A stretch of DNA of 63,328 nucleotides, the filler included, from Octopus bimaculoides (Eukaryota), in the NCBI RefSeq assembly GCF_001194135.2. It is 5 parts of 4 records of this genome, joined end to end, with 100 filler letters (N's around TTAATTAATTAA, not from the genome) between each part and the next. Parts side by side here need not be neighbours in the genome. Positions count along the whole stretch, not along the records: positions 21,053 to 39,863 come from NC_068984.1; positions 39,964 to 50,593 come from NC_068984.1; positions 50,694 to 54,300 come from NW_026320496.1; 2 more parts are not named here. One strand, 5' to 3'. The notes under the pieces are model-generated. The model was not told the DNA's origin. It searched no databases and was given only the letters and a program-made list of their open reading frames with translations. Each line of letters opens with the position of its first letter. Within the stretch, counting starts at the first letter, position 1. A program made the position numbers and the translations under genes. This document shows, one piece after another, positions 39,385-50,830 of this stretch.

Positions 39385-39963
39385 GCACGCACACATACAG
39401 ACAGACAGACACACTTACACACACACATACATATACATATGCATTTATGTGCAGAACCACGACAATAATATGAGGATATCAAGCAGGAGGACGCTCACCG
39501 ATCGATATAATACATCAATAAATAAGGCAGTTGATATGTTAAATGGGTTTTAAACCATTCTAAGGGATTTTCCCTTTTACAATATGTTCCGTCAGAATTT
39601 CCTTTCCATTTCCATCACAGCGGGGAAGCAATATGCAACATGGCAGATTTAAATTCTCTACACCATTTTAGGCTCCTCGTAAATCAGTAAACTATGATTT
39701 TTTATGGAATTGGCGATAATCAGCAGCATTTTCAAAGCAAATAATTCAAACCGAAGCCGAGTTGCGAAATGTGTGACGGGAATCTGAAATGGCAGTTCAG
39801 TTCTCTGTCATTGTATTGACACCTTCTTCACGAAAATAAGCTTATATATATATATATATATATNNNNNNNNNNNNNNNNNNNNNNNNNNNNNNNNNNNNN
39901 NNNNNNNTTAATTAATTAANNNNNNNNNNNNNNNNNNNNNNNNNNNNNNNNNNNNNNNNNNNN

Positions 39964-40318
39964 TCAATACCAGCAGATGACAACGTTTCTCTAAAAGAAA
40001 TGGAAAAACTTTCAAAATACAAAGACCTGGAAATAGAGATAACTCGAATGTGGAATCTAAAAACAGAAACAATTCCTATCATAGTAGGTGCCTTAGGTAT
40101 AATAAAAAAATATTCAGACAAATACATAACAAAAACACCAGGACTTACAAATATATATAACATACAGAAAATTGCACTACTGGGCACTGCACACATTCTA
40201 CGCAAAACACTTTCAATACAGTAAACATAAGAGCACCACAGCAAACCACAGCACATACCCAAGGCGCACAGAGCTGCGCTCGGTAGTGAAGTGAAAGCAC
40301 GTTATAAAAATAAAACTA

Positions 40319-40349
<31 letters not shown>

Positions 40350-40350
40350 T
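39964..40350 (+). mobile_element. R4/Dong-like RLE non-LTR retrotransposon 3' end with 3' UTR and (TAA)n tail
   Basis: IPADDNVSLKEMEKLSKYKDLEIEITRMWNLKTETIPIIVGALG...IQKIALLGTAHILRKTL* is followed by the UTR and (AAT)n. Confidence 0.85.
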
Positions 40351-40354
40351 TTTC

Positions 40355-40545
40355 TAACATACAGAAAATAGCACTATTAGGCACTGCAGATGTCCTATGT
40401 AAAGCACTTTCAGTATAGTGAAAATAACAACATTACAACAAACCACAGCACACACCCAAGGCACACAGAGCTGCACTTGGTAGTGTAGTGAAAGCACTTG
40501 ATAAAAATAAGACTACCAAATAATGATAATAGTCATAATAATAAT
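40355..40545 (+). mobile_element. Second, older 5'-truncated copy of the same R4/Dong-like 3' end
   Basis: acatacagaaaatagcactattaggcactgca...aaaccacagcacacacccaaggcacacagagctgc... aligns to about 40158-40325. Confidence 0.85.
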
Positions 40546-41074
40546 AATGATCCTTTCTACTATAAGCACAATGCCTGAAATTTGGGGGGAGAGGGTAAGT
40601 TGATTACATCGACCCCAATGTGTAATTGGTACTTATTTAATTGACCCAGAAAGGATGAAAGGTAAAGTCGACCTCAGTGGAATCTGAACTCAGAATGCAA
40701 AGATGGACCAAATGCTGCAAAGCATTTTGCTTGGTGTGCTTAATGATAATAATAATGAAAAGAAGAATCTGGAGTATGGAAACTGTAAAGGTTATACCTC
40801 TAATAGCTGTGTATTAGGAACTGGCAGTAAATGATATAGACAAATGATTGACAGAGATTGGAATAGAATATCATGTAGAGCTTCAATGGAAAGTTTGCCT
40901 CTAAGGAAAGATTATCAGGAGGGTTTTGAGCACTTGAAAGATTATTGAAAGCTTTTCGAATAGTTAAGGCTACAGGTAGTAACCCACTACCCACATAAAT
41001 TCAGCCGGGAATAAGAACAAACCTGAATCAAATAATGATGATGATAATAATAACAATAATAACAACAACAATAA

Positions 41075-42515
41075 TAATTTCCTTAGTCTACAAAGAGCAA
41101 AGATGTGGTATGACCAAATCCTAGGAGTTATTGAGAATGAAGATCGCAAAATCCTGTGGGATGTGATGATTTGGTGTGACCATCAGATCGGACATTAGAA
41201 GCCTGATATTGATGTGGTGAACAAAAAAAATAACTTGCATGTTAATTGACATAGCAACAGGATCAAAGAGAAAGAAGGGAAGGTGAACAACTATCATGAT
41301 TTGAAGTGGGAAATATGCAGGTTGTGGGTGGGTGCGCTGAAAGTGTAGCTGCTAGAATAAGAATAGCCTGGGCAAAGTTTAGAGAGCTCTTACCTCTGCT
41401 GGCGACAAAGGGACTCTCACTCAGAGTAAAAGGCAGACTGTATGACGCATGCGTACGAACAGCCATGCTACATGGCAGTGAAACATGGGCTGTGACTGCT
41501 GAGGACATGCGTAAGCTTGCAAGGAATGAAGCCAGTATGCTCCGCTGGATGTGTAATGTCAATGTGCATACCCGTCAGAGTGTAAGTATCTTGAAAGAAA
41601 AGCTGAACATAAGAAGCATCAGTTGTGGTGTGCAAGAGAGATGATTGCGCTGGTTTGGACGTGGTNNNNNNNNNNNNNNNNNNNNNNNNNNNNNNNNNNN
41701 NNNNNNNNNNNNNNNNNNNNNNNNNNNNNNNNNNNNNNNNNNNNNNNNNNNNNNNNNNNNNNNNNNNNNNNNNNNNNNNNNNNNNNNNNNNNNNNNNNNN
41801 NNNNNNNNNNNNNNNNNNNNNNNNNNNNNNNNNNNNNNNNNNNNNNNNNNNNNNNNNNNNNNNNNNNNNNNNNNNNNNNNNNNNNNNNNNNNNNNNNNNN
41901 NNNNNNNNNNNNNNNNNNNNNNNNNNNNNNNNNNNNNNNNNNNNNNNNNNNNNNNNNNNNNNNNNNNNNNNNNNNNNNNNNNNNNNNNNNNNNCACATAA
42001 GATGTACCATCTTGAGCGTGACCATTGCCAGTACCGCCTGACTGGCCTTTGTAGGGTTTTCGAGCGAGATCGTTGCCAGTGCCCTGGACTGGCTCTTGTG
42101 CGGGTGGCACATAAAAGACACCATTTCGAGCGTGGCCGTTTTCGTGCGGGTAACACGTAAAAGCACCCACTACACTCTCTGAGTGGTTGGCGTTAGGAAG
42201 GGCATCCAGCTGTAGAAACTCTGCCAAATTAGATTGGAACCTGGTGTTGCCATCCGGTTTCACCAGTCCTCAGTCAAATCGTCCAACCCATGCTAGCATG
42301 GAAAGCGGACGTTAAACGATGATGATGATGATGAAGATGATGGGCCATAAAGAGAGTGGACGTTATACCAATAGTAACTGGCACACTTGGAAGTATCAAC
42401 ACTCAGCTACCAACACAATTGGAAAAGATTGGTACAAATGGGAAGATAGAACACCTACAAAAATCCCCATTGCTTGGAACTGCAAAAGTCCATCCTCCAC
42501 AGTTCTTGAAGCATG
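41075..42515 (+). mobile_element. R4/Dong-like RLE fragment split by an RTE insertion (parts 41075-41327 and 42341-42515)
   Basis: Left part: ENEDRKILWDVMIWCDHQI..KPDIDVV..CMLIDIA..KWEICRLW. Right part resumes AIKRVDVIPIVTGTLG..IEHLQKSPLLGTA. Confidence 0.75.
41328..42340 (+). mobile_element. 5'-truncated RTE-clade LINE with intact 3' UTR and (GAT)n tail
   Basis: GGCAESVAARIRIAWAKFRELLPLL..VKGRLYDACVRTAMLHGSETW..MLRWMC..LRWFG; 3' end catgctagcatggaaagcggacgttaaacgatgatgatg. Short copies of this tail also lie at about 14340(-), 44670-44860, 48330-48480, 48925-49060(-) and 49840-50050. Confidence 0.9.
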
Positions 42516-44934
42516 ATCAATAAACAAATGTCACCTTAGTCTACTGGTTGTGGACAGTCAACGCTTTCCATCATACCCAGCAAAATAAGCTGTGAGTTTT
42601 CATCAAACAATGTTTTCTTACATTGGTACAAAGCCCAAACTATATTTGGACAGAAAGAAGATGTAGTCAGCCTCACAAGTATCTTATTTCATCAAACTTT
42701 AAAGAATAAACGGCAAGGTTCACCCAAGTGGGATTTGAACTCAAGAAGTAAAGGGCCATAATAATCTCTAAATCTAGGCACAGGTCATACATTCTGGAGG
42801 ATGATGCAGTTGATTATCTCAGCTCCAGTACTTGACTGGTTTGTATTTTATTGATTCTGAAAGGATGAAAGAGAAAGTCACCACTTGAAAAACAAAGAAA
42901 AGCAAGTAAGGAAAGTAGGGAGATGATAGTTCACAAAATGATTGACATGAATGAGTCCTTTGAAGATAAAAAAATAGGGGCAAAATTATGAAAGGTAAGG
43001 GAAGGATCAATTGGATTTATCTCAGTGTTTAATCTTATATCTTCTACTTGTTTAGTCATTAGACTGTGGCCATGTTGGGGTATTGCTTTAAAGAATTTTT
43101 AGCTGAATGAATCTACCCCAGTGGTTATTCTTTTTCTTTTTAAGCCAAGTACTTATTTTATTGGTCTCTTTTGCTGAACTGTTAAATTATGGGAACATAA
43201 ACACACCAACACCAGTTACTGAGCAGTTGGCAGGGGAGGAGGAATGACACAAGGGCATACACACACACGCACGCACACACACACACACACACATGCACAT
43301 ATACACATATGATGGGCTTCTTTCATTTCCCGTCTATCAAATCTGCCTGCAAGGCTTTGGTCACCCCGAGCTTAGGATAGGAGACACCTACCCAACATGC
43401 CAAGCAGTGGGATTGAACCTGGAACTATGTGGTTGGGAAGCAAACTTCTTACCACACAGCCACATCCGCACCTATAAAAATTAGGTAAGGAATTACGTAA
43501 GTAGAAGATTATTCTATCGGCCCTGGATGGATTAAAGATTAAATGGCAGGATTTGAACTCATCATGTAGAAGGATGTGATGAAATATAGCATGGCAAGGT
43601 GTCTGACATTCAAGTGCTAACATTTCTGCCACCTCACTGCCTTAATCCTCTCTACTCTAGGTAAGAGGCTCAAAATTTGGGGAAAGGGGATGAGTCGATT
43701 ACATCGACTCCAGTACATAACTGGTACTTAATTTATCGACCTCCCACAAGGATGAAAAGCAAAGTTGGCCCCAGTGGCATTTGAACTCAGAACGTGAAGG
43801 CAGATGAAATACTGCTAAGCGTGTCGTCCGGCATGCTAATGATTCTGCCAGCTCACTGCCATGGCACTCATCAGACTTAACAAGAACAATAAAACAACAA
43901 CAATCCTTTCTTCCACAGACACAAGGCCTGAAATTATGGGGGAAGGAGGCTAATTGACATCATTAACCCCTAAACTTAACTGGTACTTACTTCATTGACC
44001 CCTGTCCAAAAGGATGAAAGGGAGTCAGCCTTGGCAGAGTTTGAAATCAGAATGTAAAGCCAGAAGAAATGGCACTAAACATTTTGTCCAGTCCCCTTTT
44101 AAGGGTAGGAAGGATTATCAGAAGGGTTTTGAGGACTTGAAAGATTATTGAAAGCTTGTGGATATCTAAGTTGACAAGTAGTAAATTCTACAAAGAATAA
44201 GAACAAACCTAAGTCAAATTGACTAATCATAATAATATCTAGTTGCAGCAGAAGGCTACATATTTTTGTAGGGAAGAGGTGGTATAAATTGGAGTGGGAT
44301 AATTCCTGCACTTGCCTTTTAGTTATGTTACTGATCCCTGAAGAATAAAAGGCAAACTCAACTCAGTGGGGTTTGAACATGGAACATAAAAGTATATGAT
44401 TGAAAACAAGTATTTTTTTTCCAGCAGTGTGATTCCTGTTGAAGTAAATTGAAATGATTCTGAGCACAGATTGAAACTAGATTATCATACTAGTTTCTTA
44501 AGAACTTATTGCTCACACACATATGCATGCACACATGCACACACACATATGCATGCACACATGCACACATACATACTCATACTCACACAATGAAATATAT
44601 CATAAAAAAAATAATGATAAGAACATAATTGAATACACATTTTGATATGTTTGAAAAAAAAAATGAATTAATTGTTGGCAAGTTCATGACTCTATGCCAC
44701 ATAAAAAGCACTAAGTCCACTCTGTTGAGAGGTTGGTATTAATCCAGCTGTAAAAATCCTGCCAAAACAGTCACAGAGGTCTGGTACAGGCTTTGGCCTG
44801 GCTGGATCTTGTGAAACTGTCCCACCCATGCTAGCATGGAAGGCGGACGTTAAACAATGATGATAAGTCTTGTGCATCATTCTGAATTTGAGATCTTTCA
44901 TTGTACAAACTATTTAGATGATGTCAAATGGCTG

Positions 44935-46350
44935 TTATAAATGAGGGCACAGTTTATTTTGGGCCTCTTTGACCATTTTGCTAAGAATAACAGGTGGAAT
45001 ATAAGTGTAAAAATATTTTTTTTCATACAGGTAATCAACATTTTGCCAACTAAGATATGTAAGGTTCCGCCAATGTGCCATGCTGCGGAAATGAAGATTG
45101 GTTGTTGGCCAGTAGCGGGGATAGAGTTCCAAAAGAGCAGCATGGTCTGGCAAAAAGAGGCTAAAAGATAAAGCAGCACCATGCATGCCAATCAAAATAT
45201 CAGTTGTGGAAATTAAAGTAAGTTGCTCCTTAACAGGGAGTTTATCAAGCTGTACCCCTCTTACAAGATGTCCTTTGAGAAGATTCTGAATCGTTACTGA
45301 TAGTTCATTTTCATTTTTTATTTTTCGAGTAATGAGCCCTGAAGGATTATGTATATGTGAAATATAGTCCCGGCGCCATATAAATAAAACTGAAAGGTTT
45401 TGACAGTTCAGATTCTTATAGTCTCGAATATGGTACTGTCCAAGAAAGAATTTTTTAAAATTAGACAAATATGAGACTAATGAATTTGTGTACATCCATA
45501 AGGGTGTCCAGTCATTCAGTATACTAAAGGCGATTTGAGATAATATTGGTGTTTTTCCACAAGGATAAAGAGGACTGTTGTAGCCCATAATACTCCAGAT
45601 TAGATTGTTATATGTAGTAGGCTCCTTGATGTCTTTAGCGAAGATAACATTGTTAAACAACTGGTACCATATGCTAATTAGTAGACCTTTAGGATGGTTA
45701 TCGAGAAGTAAAATATTTGTTTCAGCAGGTGTACTATTGAAAATCTTCATCATTAAAAAGGCATTGTAAAAATCAGTCATGGAATGAAAAAGATTTGCAT
45801 ATTCATAACGTTCAATAGCTATTGTAAGACGTGGTTCTATCTTTACAGTTTTGATAATGTCCGGCTGAAATTGAGTAACAGAAAACCATTTGTTAAGATG
45901 GTTATTTCCTCTAAACTCATATGATGGCTTTTTTTTACATTTTACAGAGAAATAGCCATCAGAAAAAACTATTTTTTTCGGTGCTGTCCACTGTTTGTCA
46001 GTAGTTTCCTGAACAAATTCAGCATTTTTAGACGGGTTCAAAACAATATTTTTGAAAAATGCAAACTCATTTCCATAGCCAACAAAAGAGCCATCACATG
46101 CAGATATATTTTGTTTTAGTAGAGACAAGATAGCATTTCCATTGCTGTCATAACCAAAACCTTTGTTCTGTCCAGAATATTGAGCAGATTTCTTTGCAAA
46201 ATCTACTATTGATGTCACATTTACCTGTAATAGAAGCCATAGTATGAAGAAAAGAAATAGAACACCTGCAAGGTTATGATGTTTGCGTCCGAAGTGTTTT
46301 GCAGCAATGCCGAAACATAACGCCTGAGAATATTTGTGGGACAATTTCAT
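44935..46350 (-). CDS. Glycosyltransferase family 61 protein, type II membrane, 471 aa, single coding exon; plant beta-1,2-xylosyltransferase-like motifs
   Basis: Uninterrupted ORF. The track's start at 46446 lies in an intronic polypyrimidine tract; a strong acceptor (ttttttttattatttcag) at 46373 precedes the ATG at 46350. TM segment LAGVLFLFFILWLLL. GT61 motifs: ERYEYANLFHSMTDFYNAF, ILLLDNH, FIWRRDYISH..P.G...RKIKNENE, EQLTLISTTDILIGMHGAAL, LLELYP, HFRSMAHWRNLTY. Confidence 0.92.
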   Translation of the reverse strand: MKLSHKYSQALCFGIAAKHFGRKHHNLAGVLFLFFILWLLLQVNVTSIVDFAKKSAQYSGQNKGFGYDSNGNAILSLLKQNISACDGSFVGYGNEFAFFKNIVLNPSKNAEFVQETTDKQWTAPKKIVFSDGYFSVKCKKKPSYEFRGNNHLNKWFSVTQFQPDIIKTVKIEPRLTIAIERYEYANLFHSMTDFYNAFLMMKIFNSTPAETNILLLDNHPKGLLISIWYQLFNNVIFAKDIKEPTTYNNLIWSIMGYNSPLYPCGKTPILSQIAFSILNDWTPLWMYTNSLVSYLSNFKKFFLGQYHIRDYKNLNCQNLSVLFIWRRDYISHIHNPSGLITRKIKNENELSVTIQNLLKGHLVRGVQLDKLPVKEQLTLISTTDILIGMHGAALSFSLFLPDHAALLELYPRYWPTTNLHFRSMAHWRNLTYLSWQNVDYLYEKKYFYTYIPPVILSKMVKEAQNKLCPHL

Positions 46351-47683
46351 TAGAATTCTCTCAATTGGATCACTGAAATAATAAAAAAAAAAGAAAAGAT
46401 AAAGAAAAGTTAAATTGTAAATATATAAAGAGATTAAGAGAAGCAATGATATTTATGCATCAATTTTTCTTGTTCTATTAATTAAGCAAACACTTACCAA
46501 CCACTTAAACATACAAAGTAGATAATATATTGATAATTAATCATATCAATGAGTAGAATATAAATATAGTAATAGAATATAATCGAAGTCTGGCTCTTGT
46601 AGGAGTGGTTTGCAAAAAAGAAAAAAAAAAAACTTTCCAAACCTTTCCAATCTGATAAGATTAAATAAGCAATACATTGATGTTACTGAATGTAGTATAA
46701 AAGCTTAAAACAGGAAATAATAGAATCACCTGCAAAAACGAAAATTAAAAAAAAAAAATTCATGCAACAGTGTTCATTGACCCCCGCAAAAAGATGAAAG
46801 GCAATGCCAACCTTTGCAGCATTTGACTCAGACCGAAATGTCAGAAGAAATGTCACTGTACATTTTGTCTGGTTATAGAAGAACATTAGCTGACAAGAGT
46901 AGTCAGTATAGAAATGGTGTAGTTCCAGTGCTTTAGTTAAAATACCAAAACGTTTATTGTGTAAGGCAATGATATAAAGATAGGAGAGGCTACAATGGCA
47001 AGTAATACTTGGGTTTAGAGATGAAGATGCATGGCCTAGTGATTAGTGTGGTGCACTCACAATTGAGAGATCATGGTTTCAATTCCTGGACTGGCTGTAT
47101 GTTGCATTGTATGTTTCTCTTGGAAACTTGTGCATTAAAACTGCTTGGAAATTTCATCGTTGTAATTCCTCTCTGTTAACTCAGCTTTCAAACTTATGTT
47201 TAACTAGCCTAAAAGCTGTACTCAGTGTGGACTTTTGAGCCAGCTCCTGTGGAGGGCTAATTGGGTCTGCAGCCCAAAACTAAGAGAGCTAAATAGCATG
47301 ACTATAATACGCCTATAATGACTATATGCTCCAGTGGTGTTTGACCAGAGGTTAAGGTCTGACAAGAATTAATTTTGTAATGCAATCATTCTATTGTTCC
47401 AGTCCCAAGTTGAATTCCAACTGTTGGCCAATTTGTCTTAAAGTTCTCATCTCAATGTAAAATTAATGAAGTAAATGTCATTTATCTCCCCACTGATCTC
47501 TGACGTCATCTGAGAAATGCCAACAAAGATGGCACGAATCAGCCAAGCTTTACCTGCTAGAAATAGCAACCCAAATGCTTTTAAATCAGATTTCAATGTT
47601 GGCTGTTCAAGAACCAAATGTAAAATAGATTTTCAATCCTGGGATCATCCTGATTCCAAAAAGGTATAATATGTCTATTCAGA

Positions 47684-47837
47684 CAGGGCCAACTCAAGGT
47701 ACTGGCAACTCAGGCAGTCACCTGGGGTGCCATGTGCTAGAGGGCATGACAAAGATAATTAAATTTCCATGACCGTCAGGTTGTACACGCTGAACTTCAG
47801 CTTGCCTGGGGCACCAGCAACCTTAGGGCCGGCCCTG
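47684..47837. mobile_element. hAT-type MITE, 154 bp
   Basis: Termini are CAGGGCCAACTCAAGGT and the reverse complement CAGGGCCGGCCCTAAGGT. The flanking 8-mers tattcaga and tatgtaga match at 6/8, consistent with a decayed 8-bp TSD. Confidence 0.65.
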
Positions 47838-49230
47838 TATGTAGAGCAGATGTAGACTGAGATACTGGGGTCCCAGAATTTCACTTCTATTTATTATAGA
47901 AGAAATAACAGTTGTCATGATAGTGGTGAAACATCAATAGCATCATAACGACTCACTCAGTCACTTCTCTTAAGATTAAAGGCTGTTTTTATTCCTCACT
48001 GATTAGACCCTTGTGTCTGCGTGTCTGTGAATATATGTATGTATGTATATATATGCATGTATGTGTGTGTGTTTGTCTCTCCTTGTCTTGACATCATGTG
48101 ATGGTTGTAAATGAATGTCACCATCATACAAGCAGTGTTGTTCATTTCCAATCTTCCATGAAAATCATGTCCAGGGGTGGGGGAGAGAGAGGGAGATGGG
48201 AGAGAGAGATGACAGAGAAAGGGAAAGAGAGAAAGATAGAGAGGGGATGGGAAAGAAAAGGGGAGAGAGAGAGATGGGAGAGAAAGAGAGAAACACTGCA
48301 ATTTATTAAATGAGCACAGTTGACATAAACACTTTCCCATCCCCTCAGACACAGAAAGCAAGAGAGTGGTGTCAACAAGAAAGGTATCCAACCATAGAAA
48401 ATCTACCTCAATGAATTCCATCTGACCCATGCAAGCATGGAAAAAAGGGGGTGTTGAAATGATGATGATGATGAAGATGATGATAAAAAAGTAGATAAAC
48501 TTTCCAACAAGAAAGATGGTATCTTGTTTATTGTAGATAATGAGCTCGGTGACATCCTGATAACATAAGTTGCAATTAAAATGTCATAAGTCAACCCTTG
48601 TACATTTGATGCTTTGCTGGAAATTGACATATATACAATGTATATTTTAATAACAATTATGCACAATCTTGGGATTTCTGGTATGAAAAGAATAACTATC
48701 TTTATGGGGGAAAATGTCTAAATGTCAGAGAAGTTTAGATTATTAATAACGATTAAAAAAAACAAAACAACTCAAAACAAATCAACTCTGAATTTCTATG
48801 AAGCTTTCAACTTGGGATTCATAACTATATGGGATAGGCTGTTGTTTAGCCCAAGGTCAGTACTGACTGAGCAGACCTATGATCAAAGTTTTGATGTTTT
48901 CTATATTCAGTGTATTGTTTCATCATCATCAGCATCATCGTTTAACGTCCGCTTTCCATGCTAGCATGGGTTGGACGATTTGACAGAGGACTGTTGAACC
49001 GAATGGCTACACCAGGCTCCATTCTGATCTGGCGGAGTTTCTACAGCTGGATGCCCTTATAATTCGAAAGTGATTTGGTTGTTATTTTTAGCAAGTTGAG
49101 TGTCTGAGTAAATGTTCCCATTAAGTGTGAGTATTGTTTAGCCACGGGTCATCCTTATTTGAAAAGACCTTTGATGAAAGGCAGTCAAAATGATGACCAT
49201 CTTACCATTTTATTTTCCACAAACAAGGTG

Positions 49231-49426
49231 TGAGGGGGTGTTGAAAAGTTCCTGGCTTTAAGGCTATCGTGAAAGGCCTGGCTGGAGGCCCAATCTTCGA
49301 AGTTCTTTTACAGGGCTTAGAAAAACTGAAGGACCGCTGCAATAAGTGTGTGAATCTGAGAGGGGAATATGTAGAACAAAATCACAATTATCTGACCCTT
49401 CTGTATCTTTTTTTTTTACACAAAGC
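49231..49426 (+). mobile_element. Mariner-derived MITE (copy 2), right TIR cut by a SINE B fragment
   Basis: Begins gagggggtgttgaaaagttcctggcttt; homologous to 12204-12396. Confidence 0.75.
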
Positions 49427-50154
49427 ATAGGAGTGGTTGTGTGGTAAGTAGCTTGCTTACCAAGCACATGGTTCCGGGTTCAGAGTATGCCTTAGCACAT
49501 CTTCCTCATCTTCCCTCCTTTTCCAACTGAGATAGCCATATCTCTCTACTGCAAGACACTTGTTTCTGTTGCCTCAGTCATATTTTAACCCCTCATCACC
49601 TTGCATAAAGCTGATTCCTTTAACATTTTAACATTCAGTTCGGTCACATCTGGCCTAAATAGTCTACCCATTTTATGTCCAAACTGCCCAGATCTGGCTT
49701 TGCACACCTACCCTACAGGGTCATTCTAAAACTAAACAATCACATCATCAAAGCTTTGAGATAATACCCGATTAATTCAAAGCAATGCATTTGACAAAGT
49801 AATCTGAATGCTAAAGAATTAATACTACCCCCACTATCAGCTGAGTGGGGGTCTTGTTTCGCAAGTTACATGGTGACCTCACTTGTGCCAGTGCCATGTA
49901 AAAAGTATCCAGTGCACTGTGGTTGGTGTTGGAGAGAACATCTGGCTACAGAAACCTTGCCAAAGCAGACACTGGAGCTTAGATCAGTCCTCTAGCTCAC
50001 CAGTTCCTGTCAAATCATCCAACCCATGCCAGCATGGAAAACAAGTTAAGAGGTAATGATGACAATGATGAAATTATTCCAAGAGTAGTAATGAGAAATA
50101 GAAAGTATCTAATCAATGAGATGATGTAGAGTATGTACATTACTTTAATCAACG

Positions 50155-50550
50155 TATTGTTGTTGTTGGCACTCCGTCGCTTACGACATTGAGGGTTCCT
50201 GTTGATCCGATCAACGGAACAGCCTGCTCGTGAAATTAACGTGCAAGTGACTGAGCACTCCACAGACACGTGTACCCTTAATGTAGTTCTCGGAGATATT
50301 CAGCGTGGCACAGTGTGACAAGGCTGGCCCTTTGAATTAGAGGCACAACAACAGAAACAGGAAGAAAGAGTGAGAGAAAGTTGTGGTGAAAGAGTACAGC
50401 AGGGTTTGCCACCATCTCCTGCTGGAGCCTCGTGGAGCTTTAGGTGTTTTCGCTCAATAAACACTAACAACGCCCGGTCTGGGAATCGAAACTGCGATCC
50501 TATGACTGCGAGTCCACTGCCCTAACCACTGGGCCATTGCGCCTCCACAC
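50155..50550 (-). mobile_element. tRNA-derived SINE (family C-related)
   Basis: Minus strand GTGGAGGCGCAATGGCCCAGTGGTTAGGGCAGTGGACTCGCAGTC...GCAGTTTCGATTCCCAG tRNA-like head, central block shared with the 35945 copy, (CAA)n tail. Confidence 0.8.
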
Positions 50551-50830
50551 TTTAATCAACAGTGAGTGTCAATACAACCATGTGCAAAATTATNNNNNNN
50601 NNNNNNNNNNNNNNNNNNNNNNNNNNNNNNNNNNNNNTTAATTAATTAANNNNNNNNNNNNNNNNNNNNNNNNNNNNNNNNNNNNNNNNNNNNATGACGG
50701 AGGCCCTCCGAGGAAAGACTTTTCTCCTCCGTTTTATGAGGGCCTCGTCATAGAGACCTCACGAGCCCCAAATGAAATAGAATGAGATGGGCTATCACCA
50801 ATCTCCAGCAGAGGTAAATAATTTTTCTTC

